Virus record (IMG/VR): IMGVR_UViG_3300009034_000021
Coordinates: 1-64,000 of that record
Origin: an uncultured virus (IMG/VR IMGVR_UViG_3300009034_000021)
Taxonomy: Duplodnaviria; Heunggongvirae; Uroviricota; Caudoviricetes
DNA length: 64,000 nucleotides
Strand: one strand, 5' to 3'
Of this stretch, positions 18,075-29,145 are shown piece after piece; the first letter of the stretch is position 1; each line of letters opens with the position of its first letter. Below the pieces are notes generated by a model. That model was not told where the DNA came from and did not search any database. It was given only the letters and a program-made list of their open reading frames with translations. The translations under genes were made by a program, and so were the position numbers.

Positions 18075-18718
18075 CACGAGGTGTGGTGTACGTTGCCTAT
18101 GGCGAAAATGCGAAACGAGAGGCTAAAATATCAGCGCAATCTCTCAAGGGGCAATGTGATCTGCCGGTATTCGTAGTAGATGAAACGGTATTGCCGGGTG
18201 AATTTTTCGGCGTACCGGCCGAGGGGCATCGCGCCGGCAAGAGAGTATTCTTGCCTGGCCTGGTCAAGCCAAAGTTATGGGAACTAACACCTTTTGAACA
18301 TACGCTATATCTCGACGCCGATACACGAGTCATGGCAGACCCATCGCCGTTGTTCAAATTACTAGAAGCGGGCTGGGATATGGGACTGGCACCTGGTCAG
18401 GCAGCCAGATTCGTGAGAGAGACGAATTTTGGCCCAAGAGAACGTGGGATCACTGTTTCAGAACTCGGCACAGGACTTTTGCACTATTATAATTCTGGAG
18501 TCATCCTATGGACCAAAAACGACAAAATGAGGGCCTTCTTTGATAGATGGGGCGGGGAGTGGCAACGGTTCCGCAATTGGGACGAACAGATGGCCTTGAT
18601 GCGAGCGTTATGGAAAACCAGTGTTAAGTTCGTCACATTGGCACAATGCTGGAACCAACGAGGAGAACAGGACGGAGCATTGATATATCACCCAACAGGA
18701 AGCCACCGAACGTGGTAG
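18071..18718 (+). CDS. GT-A glycosyltransferase (GT8-like), paralog of the upstream gene
   Basis: GVVYVAYG, TLYLDADT, YNSGV, DEQMAL; ATGA coupling at 18071. Confidence 0.8.
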   Translation: MTRGVVYVAYGENAKREAKISAQSLKGQCDLPVFVVDETVLPGEFFGVPAEGHRAGKRVFLPGLVKPKLWELTPFEHTLYLDADTRVMADPSPLFKLLEAGWDMGLAPGQAARFVRETNFGPRERGITVSELGTGLLHYYNSGVILWTKNDKMRAFFDRWGGEWQRFRNWDEQMALMRALWKTSVKFVTLAQCWNQRGEQDGALIYHPTGSHRTW

Positions 18719-18760
18719 AATATTGTCTCATTGTAATGCTCCAGCAACTATATCAACGTC

Positions 18761-19402
18761 ATGCTTGGAGAGATAATGGACAACGATACACCTCAGTTAT
18801 ACGATGAAGGCGAAGAGCAATGGAAGACCAAGTTGCACCTCGGCTGCGGCAATATCTATTTGATAGGCTACGAGAATATCGACGTAGTCGGTGTTCTGGC
18901 CGATGAGCGTCCTGATTTAGTAGAGGCGAACAGGACGAATATCAAGAGTTATTACGGGCGGCGGACGGCATACACCGATATTCACCATATTGTGCCAAGG
19001 GCAGGTTATGTCGTAGACCGGCGAATGTGCATGACAAATCTTGGGAATGAGATTGGTTCAGTCAACAAAATTGTGTGTATTCAGGCATTAGAACATCTAC
19101 AACCTAATGATGGTGTAAGAGCGCTGACGCATTGGCATGATCTACTCAAACAGGATGGAATATTGATGATATCTGTCCCTGACACGTCTGAGACCGTGGA
19201 AATGTTGCTCGACGAATGCACTAGGGATTTCGCTATCCAACACCTGGCTGGGACACGAACGGATCAACATAGTTATCACCGTAATCATTTTACACGGCTA
19301 TGTTTGTCCGCTCTTTTAACGTTGCATGGTTATGGAGAAATTGAATTCTTGTCAAACTTTCATCGTTATCCAGCCATTGTGGTAAGGGCGAAAAGATTAT
19401 AG
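18761..19402 (+). CDS. Class I SAM-dependent methyltransferase
   Basis: KLHLGCG, ALEHL, LKQDGILMISVPD. Confidence 0.8.
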   Translation: MLGEIMDNDTPQLYDEGEEQWKTKLHLGCGNIYLIGYENIDVVGVLADERPDLVEANRTNIKSYYGRRTAYTDIHHIVPRAGYVVDRRMCMTNLGNEIGSVNKIVCIQALEHLQPNDGVRALTHWHDLLKQDGILMISVPDTSETVEMLLDECTRDFAIQHLAGTRTDQHSYHRNHFTRLCLSALLTLHGYGEIEFLSNFHRYPAIVVRAKRL

Positions 19403-19439
19403 TAGACAAGACTATTTTTGAAAGGAGTGATAAGATACA

Positions 19440-21110
19440 TTGTCCAAAATAGCCGGTTTTACGCTGACTAAGACACCTCACCAACCCCAAGCTCCACTGT
19501 GGTTGATCAAATATCCTCATGTGACGACTAAACATCTCAATTGTAACGAATGGTCATTATTTTTATGGGGTTGCGGAGACTTGACACAATTTATTTCCGA
19601 TAACACGATCATCGTCGGCTACTCAGATATTGATATGGCGACGTTGGATGTGTACCCGTTGCAAAATCGAGGATTGATCATCAGGCTAGACGAACATGCT
19701 ACAATCACGAACGATGCATTGGGAATGATGCAGGTATTCTACGGTAGCAAGGACGGTGTGCCGTGGATTTCCACGTGCGAGGAATCGGTTATTCGGGGAT
19801 TGGGCAGAGTAACATTGGGGCCAGGGCGACTGGCCGGATATCTAATGTTACAAAGCACCTCCGCTTCGTTGACACTATGGAGTGAAATCGATAAACTTTA
19901 TGCTAACTCTTTACTGAGTATTTCGCCTGATGGCAATTTCCGGCAAAGTTTTCAGGAACCACTGAATTTCACGCCGATGAAAAAGGATTACGTCACGCAA
20001 ATGGCGAGCGTGTTGCGCGAGACAGTGCATCACTACACTGATCCGCTGGACGATGTGATCCTGATGTTGTCTCATGGCCATGATTCTCGACTCATTCTGT
20101 GCAACATGCTGAGGCCAGAACGGGTGCATGCTAGAACTTTCCCCTTGTCGCATCCGGCAGGACGAGCCCACGACGTCGTCATCGCGAAAGAATCGGCGCG
20201 ACTGGCTGGAGTGACGGATCACAAGGTTATTGATCTAGGACAGAACCAACTGCGTGATTGTACACGGCCAGCGACGGAATTTTATGGTACACCGTTGGGC
20301 GCGGTGCAGATTTACCTCTACGACGTATGCGAACGAGTAGGGCGCGAAAACCCATCGTGGCCTATCATAACGGGATTGAACGGTGACGAACACGCAGGTA
20401 TCGCGTTGTTTCGTTCTCGTAACAAATTACGCCAGGAAAGTGATCCGGCCGATCGGTTCGTATCCGGCTGCTATTCTTGGGTCAAATCGTGGCTACCAAG
20501 AGACCTGGATGCCGGCCTGACGTTTGACTGGCGCGGCGCATTGAAACCGATACGCGAAATCTGGACGCATATTTGGCAAAATACTGAGGGTGATGATCTA
20601 ACGAGGCACGCACATCTGATTCATACCCGCAATAGAGGCAATCAGTATATAACCTACGCCTGGCAGGGATGTGACTTGTATGGTGGGCTTGTGGGCCCCA
20701 TCTATAACGACCGACATTATGTTGAATTCATGCTGTCCTTGCCACACGAGGTATTGAACGAGGGCACGTTCGATTTTGAGGTTCCGATGGCCGGCACGAT
20801 ACGTGAGGTACGGACGGGGCAGGTTGAACTCTTTCAACGATATTTCCCAGAACATTATCCTTATGCCGGACTACCACTCGACGCCTTCGATTGGGCGAAC
20901 CGGCTTGATCCGGACGCATTAGCGAAAGCAAAGGGAGCCGCATTGTGGCCGTTGGTTCCTAATGGATCAAAACCAAGTCATGGGTTTTTTAATGCAGCGA
21001 AGTTCAAGGAACTCTATCGCAAGGCGGTAAATGGTGACATGCGGAGTTATTATCTGCTTAACTCAGTGCAACCGTTGGCATGGGCGATTGAAAAGGGATA
21101 TGTCCAGTGA
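19440..21110 (+). CDS. Asparagine synthetase-like amidotransferase
   Basis: NDALG..VFY, LSHGHDSR (PP-loop-like), ITGLNGDE. Confidence 0.7.
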   Translation: MSKIAGFTLTKTPHQPQAPLWLIKYPHVTTKHLNCNEWSLFLWGCGDLTQFISDNTIIVGYSDIDMATLDVYPLQNRGLIIRLDEHATITNDALGMMQVFYGSKDGVPWISTCEESVIRGLGRVTLGPGRLAGYLMLQSTSASLTLWSEIDKLYANSLLSISPDGNFRQSFQEPLNFTPMKKDYVTQMASVLRETVHHYTDPLDDVILMLSHGHDSRLILCNMLRPERVHARTFPLSHPAGRAHDVVIAKESARLAGVTDHKVIDLGQNQLRDCTRPATEFYGTPLGAVQIYLYDVCERVGRENPSWPIITGLNGDEHAGIALFRSRNKLRQESDPADRFVSGCYSWVKSWLPRDLDAGLTFDWRGALKPIREIWTHIWQNTEGDDLTRHAHLIHTRNRGNQYITYAWQGCDLYGGLVGPIYNDRHYVEFMLSLPHEVLNEGTFDFEVPMAGTIREVRTGQVELFQRYFPEHYPYAGLPLDAFDWANRLDPDALAKAKGAALWPLVPNGSKPSHGFFNAAKFKELYRKAVNGDMRSYYLLNSVQPLAWAIEKGYVQ

Positions 21111-21814
21111 AAGACCATCAAACGAAGGCCGAATTTGAGCGTATTTATTTCTATCACATACGTAAAGCCGGTGGACAAAGTATCTATCATGCCATCTTGG
21201 AAAAATTATGTGGAGTTGATTCGTTCACGATTGAAAATTGGTTGACACGGGCGAACATAATGTTCTGCGATGGAAAACCTATCATAGGTTGGGACGATAA
21301 ACAGATTAATCGTGGCGATTTTTATTTTGCCTTTTCGCATCACGCGATGCACGAGTTGTTGCCTATGCCTGATGATACCTTTGCCTTTACTTGCTTTAGA
21401 GATCCGGTCCCGCGAGTCGTCTCACACTATCGCATGTTGAAGAGCTTTCGGGAGATGGAAATACGGGGTGACGTGCTGAAAGCAGAAGCCCAGTGGGCAA
21501 AAGACAATTTTAGTGAGTTTTTAGACAATTTACCCCAGCGACACCTGATGAATCAATTGTGGATGTTCTCGGCAGAGTACGATCCGGAAGAAGCATTAGA
21601 AAATGCCAGCAAACTCTCGTACTTCTTTTTCCTAGACAAGTTCAGCGTTGGACTATCTAAACTATCGAATCTCATCGGAATAGAACTCGAAGAAAAGCAC
21701 ATCATGGTGTCCACGTCTGAATTCGCCATGAAGCCAGAGGAAGGCGAACGTTTACAAGAGTTGTTAATTCCTGAATACCAGTTTTACGAAGGATTGCAGG
21801 AACTATGGAAGTAA
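21107..21814 (+). CDS. Sulfotransferase family protein
   Basis: 5'-PSB FYHIRKAGGQS and 3'-PB FRDPVPRVVSHY. Confidence 0.85.
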   Translation: MKDHQTKAEFERIYFYHIRKAGGQSIYHAILEKLCGVDSFTIENWLTRANIMFCDGKPIIGWDDKQINRGDFYFAFSHHAMHELLPMPDDTFAFTCFRDPVPRVVSHYRMLKSFREMEIRGDVLKAEAQWAKDNFSEFLDNLPQRHLMNQLWMFSAEYDPEEALENASKLSYFFFLDKFSVGLSKLSNLIGIELEEKHIMVSTSEFAMKPEEGERLQELLIPEYQFYEGLQELWK

Positions 21815-22449
21815 TCATCTTTGGTTCGGACAAGTACTTACGCGTCTTGATGCCAACGTTCACGACGTTCTATCGTCGTTTTTGGCCTGATAATCCGTGG
21901 CCAACGAGAGTAGTAAGCCAAACGGTGATCGTGGATGAGTTTCCGACCATCACGACTGGGCCTGATGAGAATTTTTCGCAGCAGGTACTCCGCTGGGCAG
22001 TGAAACAGAGAGACGAACCGTTTTTAATGTTACTGGACGATTACTTCTTGACTGAGCCAGTCAAAACCGACGTGTTAGTACATTGCTATAACGAGATGAT
22101 AGCTCACCCCGATATTGCACACATCAACGTCAAAGTGATCGGGAGCGCACCTTGGAATCAGCGATACGACGACTATCTAGGTGAGTTTGACAAAGAGGAG
22201 TGCAACTGGCTTTTTCAGAATCAGGCGGGCCTGTGGCGGCCTCAATTGTTGCGCAGTGTGACACGAGCAGACGAGGATGGCTGGCGCATGGAGAGAGATG
22301 GCAGCCAACGAGCAAAGACGTATCCCGGTCGGTTTTTGACAGTCTATGAAGACGCGATTGAATATGTCAACTATATGGCGCGTGCGGCGCCACGCAAGGA
22401 AGGTGTGGAGTGGCTGGAGAGGAACGGAATGGACCCGATCTATCCATAG
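21805..22449 (+). CDS. Putative glycosyltransferase (GT-A-like)
   Basis: MLLDDYFL, QAGLWR; context in the glycan cluster. Confidence 0.55.
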   Translation: MEVIIFGSDKYLRVLMPTFTTFYRRFWPDNPWPTRVVSQTVIVDEFPTITTGPDENFSQQVLRWAVKQRDEPFLMLLDDYFLTEPVKTDVLVHCYNEMIAHPDIAHINVKVIGSAPWNQRYDDYLGEFDKEECNWLFQNQAGLWRPQLLRSVTRADEDGWRMERDGSQRAKTYPGRFLTVYEDAIEYVNYMARAAPRKEGVEWLERNGMDPIYP

Positions 22450-23126
22450 TATTCGGAACATACAATCGAGTAAAGGTATTAGAGCAAGCCATAGAGATGG
22501 CCCGCAGTTCAGCGCATCCATTGAAAGTAGAGTTTATCATCGCTGATGGCGGGAGCACTGACGGAACGTTGGAATACCTACGCCGACAGCCTGACGTAAT
22601 TCTCATCGAGCAAGGCGGATTGTATGGAGCTTGCCAAGCAATGAACGAATGTTGCCGTTTGCCAAGTGCCGAGTTTGTGTGTCATCTGAATGACGACGCG
22701 CTGTGCATGGGAGACTGCCTCTACCAGGCACACAAATATCTAGTTGAACATCACGATGTAGGCCAGGTGGCATTGGCATTTAGAGACGTAGGCGCAAGCG
22801 ATCCGCGCTATCGGACGGGAATGATTTTAGATCGATATTACGCTAACTTTGGCATCACGCGACGTTGGTTGGGTGATTACGTCCAGTGGTTCAGCGGAGG
22901 TTATCTGACATACTCATGCGACCAGGAATTGTCCTTCAAAATCTGGGAATTGGGCTACGAGGTCGTGTTCTTGGGCGGTTGTCGAGTAGAACATCTGCGG
23001 GTGCAAGATAAACTGAGGGAGACGTGGAGAGACGATCACGGCGAACCTACGAAATTTCTAAATCGGTGGCGGGATAAAACGAAACATTTTCCCTGTTCGC
23101 CGACGGTGAGAGAGAAGGATCTGTGA
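22410..23126 (+). CDS. Glycosyltransferase family 2
   Basis: SIVFGTYNR, IIADGGSTDGT, HLNDD, CDQEL. Confidence 0.88.
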   Translation: MAGEERNGPDLSIVFGTYNRVKVLEQAIEMARSSAHPLKVEFIIADGGSTDGTLEYLRRQPDVILIEQGGLYGACQAMNECCRLPSAEFVCHLNDDALCMGDCLYQAHKYLVEHHDVGQVALAFRDVGASDPRYRTGMILDRYYANFGITRRWLGDYVQWFSGGYLTYSCDQELSFKIWELGYEVVFLGGCRVEHLRVQDKLRETWRDDHGEPTKFLNRWRDKTKHFPCSPTVREKDL

Positions 23127-23842
23127 TGCATCCCGATCGGGCAGAGTTCAAATTTTATGCGATGTATATTCAAAAGAATATGGTAGTCATCGACGCCGGC
23201 GCGTTCACGGGGCAAATGACTCACTTTTTCACTAGGTTGGCCAGTCACGTTCACGCGTTTGAGCCAGACCCGCGCTCGTTCAAACAACTGAAAGCCACAT
23301 TTGAATTGCATCCCCGTGGTAACGCGCACCTGCATCAGAAAGCGTTGGGCGATAAAATCGGAGAGGCAGAATTGCATCTGTTCGATGATCGCCATGCGGC
23401 ATGGTCTACACTGGCCAATCGACCAATAGAACCTGGAGGCGTAGACGTCGCCGTAGAGCGAACACTAGTTGTGCCCACAACGACAGTAGATGAATACTGC
23501 AAAGAACAAGGTATCAATTGTGTGGGGCTACTCAAAGTGGACGCCGAAGGTGCAGAGTTGCCGATATTGTATGGAGCACGAGGACTGATGGAAAAGAGCC
23601 AAGTCTTGTGCTGTGTTTTTGAGTATGGACGAACGTGGTGGGATATGGGATACACGCCTGACGAGATGGAAAAGTATTTGATAGAACAAAAGTTTGAGAT
23701 CATGAACATTTTGCACGATCAGCCAGTATTTCCAGGTCGTGAGGGGCCCAAACAATCAAAGTATGCTATCATGGTTGCGGCACACGAGAGTGTGGCCGAT
23801 AGAGTAAAAGGTATCATTCAAGCCGTGGCGAGGTGGGGCTGA
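23123..23842 (+). CDS. FkbM family methyltransferase
   Basis: IDAGAFTG, VHAFEPDP, LKVDAEGAE. Confidence 0.88.
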   Translation: MMHPDRAEFKFYAMYIQKNMVVIDAGAFTGQMTHFFTRLASHVHAFEPDPRSFKQLKATFELHPRGNAHLHQKALGDKIGEAELHLFDDRHAAWSTLANRPIEPGGVDVAVERTLVVPTTTVDEYCKEQGINCVGLLKVDAEGAELPILYGARGLMEKSQVLCCVFEYGRTWWDMGYTPDEMEKYLIEQKFEIMNILHDQPVFPGREGPKQSKYAIMVAAHESVADRVKGIIQAVARWG

Positions 23843-24552
23843 TGCAAATTGTGGTGATGACTAGCGATCAATGTGCAGCTAATGTATTCCTTATTTTTGC
23901 CAAGGCGTTCCACCACCATTGGCCTGATTGTCCTTGGCCGATCGTAGCCGTAGGCGAAACGGTCTCAGCGACTGATTTTCCAACGACGTTGCAGGGCATA
24001 AGTCCTCCAGAGTTGACAGTTGTGGATAGATTGGGTCGATATCTTGGCACATACGGTGGCGAGACGATCATGGTGTTGTTAGACGATCAAATATTTTATG
24101 CTCACCCAATAAATACCCCAGTTCTGAAGCGCGCACATCAGGTTTTGCTCGACGATAAAAGCATTGGTGCGACGTTGCTCAGCAGCAACCGCGAACCAGA
24201 TAAATTTTATGATGGTTTTCTGGGTGAGTTTGTCGGCGTGAGTAGACTGTCAATTTTTGACGTGGGTTTATGGCGCACGCCAGCCCTACGCCGATGGATA
24301 GAAAAACGGACGTGGCCTCGTGTACTGGGCACGTATCATTCACCGTTAGTCTATGTCGATTTAATAACGAGCGGGATGGTATCTGGGGCAGGCATCGTCG
24401 GCCTGGAGGCACATCATTCCGTAGTGTTAGAATTGATGGACGAACTAGTCCATTTGTTTGGCATCAAAGAGATAGCAGATCTGAAAATCCAGGATTCGCC
24501 CGATGTTAGGCGGACACTGGCCGATTTAATAGAAAGGTATGGGACAACGTGA
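23833..24552 (+). CDS. Putative glycosyltransferase, paralog of 21805-22449
   Basis: WPDCPWP, MVLLDDQIF and GLWR shared with the 21805 ORF. Confidence 0.5.
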   Translation: MGLMQIVVMTSDQCAANVFLIFAKAFHHHWPDCPWPIVAVGETVSATDFPTTLQGISPPELTVVDRLGRYLGTYGGETIMVLLDDQIFYAHPINTPVLKRAHQVLLDDKSIGATLLSSNREPDKFYDGFLGEFVGVSRLSIFDVGLWRTPALRRWIEKRTWPRVLGTYHSPLVYVDLITSGMVSGAGIVGLEAHHSVVLELMDELVHLFGIKEIADLKIQDSPDVRRTLADLIERYGTT

Positions 24553-25709
24553 GTGAATGGATTCAACTGTTGGCCCCTAAATGGGTGGGCCGGAAACGAC
24601 ACGAGAAAGGCGAGTGGATTAAGGTGGGTAATCAAATAGCCGAGAAATGGATAGCTGAGGGTGCAGCGCGTTATGGTAGACTGGCACAGGTTCAATCAAC
24701 CCCTGCCCAACTGAGGACATCGAGAATGATGGGTATGCCATCTGTGCCTCTGTTCGGGACCAAAACACGAAAACTTGTCGAACGAGCTAAATCGGCGTCA
24801 ATACATGCAGGACTCAAAGTGGCGTTTGGGATGATAGTGTTCAATGGAGACCACATCCTATCGGGCATACTAGAATCAGTATATCCCTGGGCGTCACAGA
24901 TATGCATCGCCGAGGGGCCGACCAAATTTCATGCTGACCGGTTGAAAGTTTCAACCTCGACCGATAAGACAGTGGAAATCATCCGGAACTTTCCCGACCC
25001 AGAAGAGAAAATTTCGTTGGTACAGGGTGCGTGGCCTAATAAACTGGCGATGTGCAATGCATGGATTAAATCAGTGAGGCCGGATACAGATTACGTGTGG
25101 CAGATCGATAGTGACGAAATGTACAAACAAGAAAATATCCAGCAGGTGTTGTCATTGTTAGGACCGGAGGGTTATGACTCAGTGGCATTTCGATTCCGTT
25201 CGTTCTATGGCGGTTTCGAACGGCACATGATAGGTTGGGAAGAGGCACAGGAAACACACAGAATTCAGCGATTTTATCCAGGTGCGGTATGGGCTAGCCA
25301 TCGGCCCCCAACTATCAATGCGCCTGACGGTAAACCGTGGCGGACTAAGAATCACCTTACCCATTGGGAAATAGACGCGGCGGTGGGAATCAGAATATTC
25401 CACTATTCGTTCGTATTCCCCAGTCAAGTAAAGATGAAGTATTTGTATTACAATGACTTGACTAAAGGCAACATGATTAGCGATGGATATAAGTCCATCT
25501 ATCTTCCCTGGACACGTGGTGACGACCAGAAAAAGGCTGAGATCGAGCGAAAGTTTAAAGGCGTCCATCACCTGACGCGCGGCCCAGGCGGGCAGTGTGT
25601 GTGTCACACAGTAAAATATTATGGTAAACATCCACAATGGATTGAACAACACCGTCAAGAACTGGAAGTACGGATAAAGGATGAACTCAGGGCAGCAAAT
25701 GGTAACTAA
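24549..25709 (+). CDS. GT2-like glycosyltransferase with a small N-terminal phage domain
   Basis: MIVFNG, IAEG, STDKT, WQIDSDE. Confidence 0.7.
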   Translation: MSEWIQLLAPKWVGRKRHEKGEWIKVGNQIAEKWIAEGAARYGRLAQVQSTPAQLRTSRMMGMPSVPLFGTKTRKLVERAKSASIHAGLKVAFGMIVFNGDHILSGILESVYPWASQICIAEGPTKFHADRLKVSTSTDKTVEIIRNFPDPEEKISLVQGAWPNKLAMCNAWIKSVRPDTDYVWQIDSDEMYKQENIQQVLSLLGPEGYDSVAFRFRSFYGGFERHMIGWEEAQETHRIQRFYPGAVWASHRPPTINAPDGKPWRTKNHLTHWEIDAAVGIRIFHYSFVFPSQVKMKYLYYNDLTKGNMISDGYKSIYLPWTRGDDQKKAEIERKFKGVHHLTRGPGGQCVCHTVKYYGKHPQWIEQHRQELEVRIKDELRAANGN

Positions 25710-26349
25710 TGGTTATCGAAACGCCAGGCTCGGGCAGCGTATGGCAAACGCTGTAATCCGGGAGATAACGAGCATCAAACAAGCCGGCGTCCAGCGAACA
25801 CATCAAATAGTGCTAGAAGCAATCAAAATGATACTAAATTGCGATCATCTGAGCTTGCTGGACGTAGGCTGTGGAGTAGGGTTGTACCGTGAGGTACTGA
25901 GACAATACGACTCGTTCGTTGATTACGAAGGCGCAGACTTTAATGAGACTATGATCGCTCGTGCACAAGGGCTATTTCCTGAGACAAAGTTTCATCTCGC
26001 CGATGCCCGTCTTTTGCCTTTTGACGATGACAGTTATGACGTGGTTTTGGCTGGCGCGATTTTAGAACATATCAAGGAATGGCGGCGGGCGTTGGACGAA
26101 ATCTGCCGAGTGGCAGAGAAACATTTAATCTTGCATCGGACGCTATTAATAGCGCCCGACGAACCAACGAGAACGGAAAGGCAGATAGCGTTCGGTGAGG
26201 CAATATGGCGTGTATACATCGACAAGCGAGAATTAATTCATTGCCTGGCGCGCCGCAATTTCGTTGTCAGCGATGAGTGGTTCGTTGCCAAAGACGGGAA
26301 CAAAGGCGCACAATGGACATTTCTATGTAGGAGAACCAATGCAACATAA
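25681..26349 (+). CDS. Class I SAM-dependent methyltransferase
   Basis: LLDVGCGVG, ADARLLPFDDDSYDVV, ILEHI. Confidence 0.85.
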   Translation: MNSGQQMVTNGYRNARLGQRMANAVIREITSIKQAGVQRTHQIVLEAIKMILNCDHLSLLDVGCGVGLYREVLRQYDSFVDYEGADFNETMIARAQGLFPETKFHLADARLLPFDDDSYDVVLAGAILEHIKEWRRALDEICRVAEKHLILHRTLLIAPDEPTRTERQIAFGEAIWRVYIDKRELIHCLARRNFVVSDEWFVAKDGNKGAQWTFLCRRTNAT

Positions 26350-27232
26350 TATCGCCATGATAAGTGATTACGGATATCTCACACGGACCTTGTTACTCTA
26401 TGAGTCTATTTGTCGTCACGAACCAACAGCCCACGTACACTTGTTAGCATTAGACGATAAAACCTTTCATGTTGGCCAATCAATAGGGCAGAGCAATCTG
26501 ACGGTTACTCCACTCAGTAAAGTGGAAACGGCTGAATTGACGGCCGCGCGTCAGGGCCGGAATTGGGTCGAATGGGTGTGGCTATTTCAACCGGCGTTTC
26601 CCTTACATCTGATGAAAAAGTATGATATCGGCCATATTTTCTGGATGGATGGCGATATGTGGTTGTTTGACAGCCTCAAAGAGATGTTCGACGAGATAGG
26701 CAGTGCTGACGTGGCAGTCTCGCCGCACAGGTTCCCGCCACTCCGCGCAGGTAGCGTCAACACGGTAAGCATCTACAATGGCGGAGCGACATATTTTCGC
26801 AACACTGAACGGGGGCGTGCGTGCTGCCAGAAGTGGTTAGCTGATTGTATCGAGTGGGACTATTGGTGGAGTCAGCCTAAACCAGGGCCGAAACGAGGGC
26901 AGAAAGGCGGCACACAAGGATATTTAGATTCCTGGCCAGAAGAATGGGGCGCACACGTGGTGCAACATCTAGGATGCAACTTGGCACCGTGGAATCAGGA
27001 TCATCCCAATTATCACTATGAATTCAACAATGGAAAAATTACGGTAAATGGTCAGCCACTCCTTTTCTATCATTTTCAGGATTTCAAACCTGAACGAGAT
27101 ATGTTAGCTGGACCAGGGATCGTTCCCTTCGTGGTGGAGTATATTTATAGACCTTACGTCGTAGCCTATACGTTGAAACAAAAATTATGGCGACCGACAG
27201 AGAAGGCCAAGGATGTTAAACGGAAAGCGTGA
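26339..27232 (+). CDS. Putative glycosyltransferase (GT-A)
   Basis: WMDGDMW, YNGG, QGYLDSWP, NLAPWN, LFYHF. Confidence 0.7.
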   Translation: MQHNIAMISDYGYLTRTLLLYESICRHEPTAHVHLLALDDKTFHVGQSIGQSNLTVTPLSKVETAELTAARQGRNWVEWVWLFQPAFPLHLMKKYDIGHIFWMDGDMWLFDSLKEMFDEIGSADVAVSPHRFPPLRAGSVNTVSIYNGGATYFRNTERGRACCQKWLADCIEWDYWWSQPKPGPKRGQKGGTQGYLDSWPEEWGAHVVQHLGCNLAPWNQDHPNYHYEFNNGKITVNGQPLLFYHFQDFKPERDMLAGPGIVPFVVEYIYRPYVVAYTLKQKLWRPTEKAKDVKRKA

Positions 27233-27364
27233 ATTGCGACTGATTTAGAGAGGGAATCAGATTTTTGATCTTCAGGGATACGGCCCGTATTGAGTCGTGT
27301 CCCTTCAAATTCATGACATCAGATGAGGCAAAGTTATGTCATCAATTACTGAGTAAGGAAAATA

Positions 27365-28393
27365 ATGACAATGAATGATTGGCGAGATAAATCTGTCTTA
27401 GTAACCGGTGGTTGTTCGTTTATCGGATCGCATCTGGTGGATGCGCTAGTAGATCGGGGCGCGCGGGTGCGCATCGTAGATAATCTATCCAGTGGCCGGC
27501 TGGAAAATATCTCGCGTCATCTGACGGGAGAGACAGTCGAGTTTATCCAGGCTGACCTACGCGAGCCAGGGATAGCATGGGATGCAGCGCATGGAATTGA
27601 GTTGGTATTTCATCTCGCAGCGATTCATGGCGGGCGGGGATATGTAGATTTGCATCAGGCGGGGCCGGCTATGAACTTGCTTATAGGCGGTTTAGTTTTT
27701 CGGGAAGCCTGCTTAGCGGGGATAGATAAGATAGTTTTCGCTTCGTCGGGATGTGTCTATCCGAATTTTTTACAGAGTAATCCCAATGAAGAAATTTATC
27801 TTACTGAGGATTTAGTAAAACCACCTTATGATGCCGACAATATGTATGGTTGGGCGAAATTGATGAACGAGCTAACACTAAGAGCTTATTGTAAAGAATA
27901 TGGGATAAAAGGTGCATCGTGTCGGTTGTTCACAGTCTATGGTCAGCGCGGAGTAGAGAACCATGCAGTAACCGCGTTCATCGCCCGCGCCTTCGTCAAA
28001 CAAGACCCATTCGAAGTGTGGGGCGATGGTACACAGGTGCGCAATTGGACACACGTATCTGATATCGTGCGCGGAATGATCCTGGCAGCAGAGAGAATAG
28101 ACGACGGATCGGCAGTAAATCTGGGCACGACAGAACGGATCACAGTGCGCGCCGCAGTGGAAGAGGTATTGCGGTACACTGGGCATAAGGCAGAGTTAAA
28201 ATTCTTGCCTAATATGCCGGTGGGTCCGGTCAATCGGGTGGCCGACAACCGACTGGCAGAAGATCTGCTGGGTTGGGAACCCAGAGTACAGTTTGTTGAT
28301 GGACTTCACGACATGATCGACTGGTACTTTACCACAAAGGATCGCGAACAGGTCAAAATGGTGCTGAAGAGTGGAAGACTGACAGAGAGATAA
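27365..28393 (+). CDS. NAD-dependent nucleotide-sugar epimerase/dehydratase (extended SDR)
   Basis: VTGGCSFIGS, ASSGCVY, YGWAK (YxxxK), WGDGTQVR. Confidence 0.92.
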   Translation: MTMNDWRDKSVLVTGGCSFIGSHLVDALVDRGARVRIVDNLSSGRLENISRHLTGETVEFIQADLREPGIAWDAAHGIELVFHLAAIHGGRGYVDLHQAGPAMNLLIGGLVFREACLAGIDKIVFASSGCVYPNFLQSNPNEEIYLTEDLVKPPYDADNMYGWAKLMNELTLRAYCKEYGIKGASCRLFTVYGQRGVENHAVTAFIARAFVKQDPFEVWGDGTQVRNWTHVSDIVRGMILAAERIDDGSAVNLGTTERITVRAAVEEVLRYTGHKAELKFLPNMPVGPVNRVADNRLAEDLLGWEPRVQFVDGLHDMIDWYFTTKDREQVKMVLKSGRLTER

Positions 28394-29145
28394 TGAAGCT
28401 GGTTCTCATCTGCACACCAACGTGGAATAAGGCTCACTTTCTACGAAATACGTTATATAGCCTCCAGGTGACGGCTGATAAAGAATTATACCGGCACGTC
28501 GTGGTCATCAATGGTGGCAACGATGATACCAAACGAGTATGCCGTGATTATGGCCTAGAGTGGATTCATAACCTGGATAATGTCGGCATAGCACAATCGT
28601 TGAATCAGTGCCTGGCATTACTCATGCCAGGGCAACGGTTCATGAAATTGGACGACGATCTGACATTTTTTGACACAGGTTGGCTTGAGGCAATGTTACA
28701 AATACTGGACAATAACGAGGGTATTGGTGGCGTGGCCGTGCCGAGACTGGGACGTGAGGCCGATCAGTTGTGCAAGTCAATTGATGCAAAGTCAGAGCCA
28801 TGGGTTGTAGATTCAGGAGAACTATGGTGGACGAATTGCGCATTATATCGCTGGAAGGCAATACAGGCATTGGGAAGCTTTTGGCAGCCAGGACTGTACG
28901 GCTACGAGGACATACTGACCGGAGTGCGACTGCGAAAGTTGGGCTGGCGAACGGTGTACCTGGCATCATACCGTGTGCGGCATGAAGGAAGCTGGAAAGG
29001 AAAGCGCGAGACTAGGGAATATAGGGAATGGAAAGCAACGACGCGAACGAGAAACATCCAGCCGATCATAGCACAATTCAAGAGTGGGGCGCGTAAGGCA
29101 TATATACCACTGGAGACAACGAATGTGGGTACGGTTCAAAGATAA
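28393..29145 (+). CDS. Glycosyltransferase family 2
   Basis: TPTWN, NVGIAQSLN, KLDDD, YGYED. Confidence 0.85.
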   Translation: MKLVLICTPTWNKAHFLRNTLYSLQVTADKELYRHVVVINGGNDDTKRVCRDYGLEWIHNLDNVGIAQSLNQCLALLMPGQRFMKLDDDLTFFDTGWLEAMLQILDNNEGIGGVAVPRLGREADQLCKSIDAKSEPWVVDSGELWWTNCALYRWKAIQALGSFWQPGLYGYEDILTGVRLRKLGWRTVYLASYRVRHEGSWKGKRETREYREWKATTRTRNIQPIIAQFKSGARKAYIPLETTNVGTVQR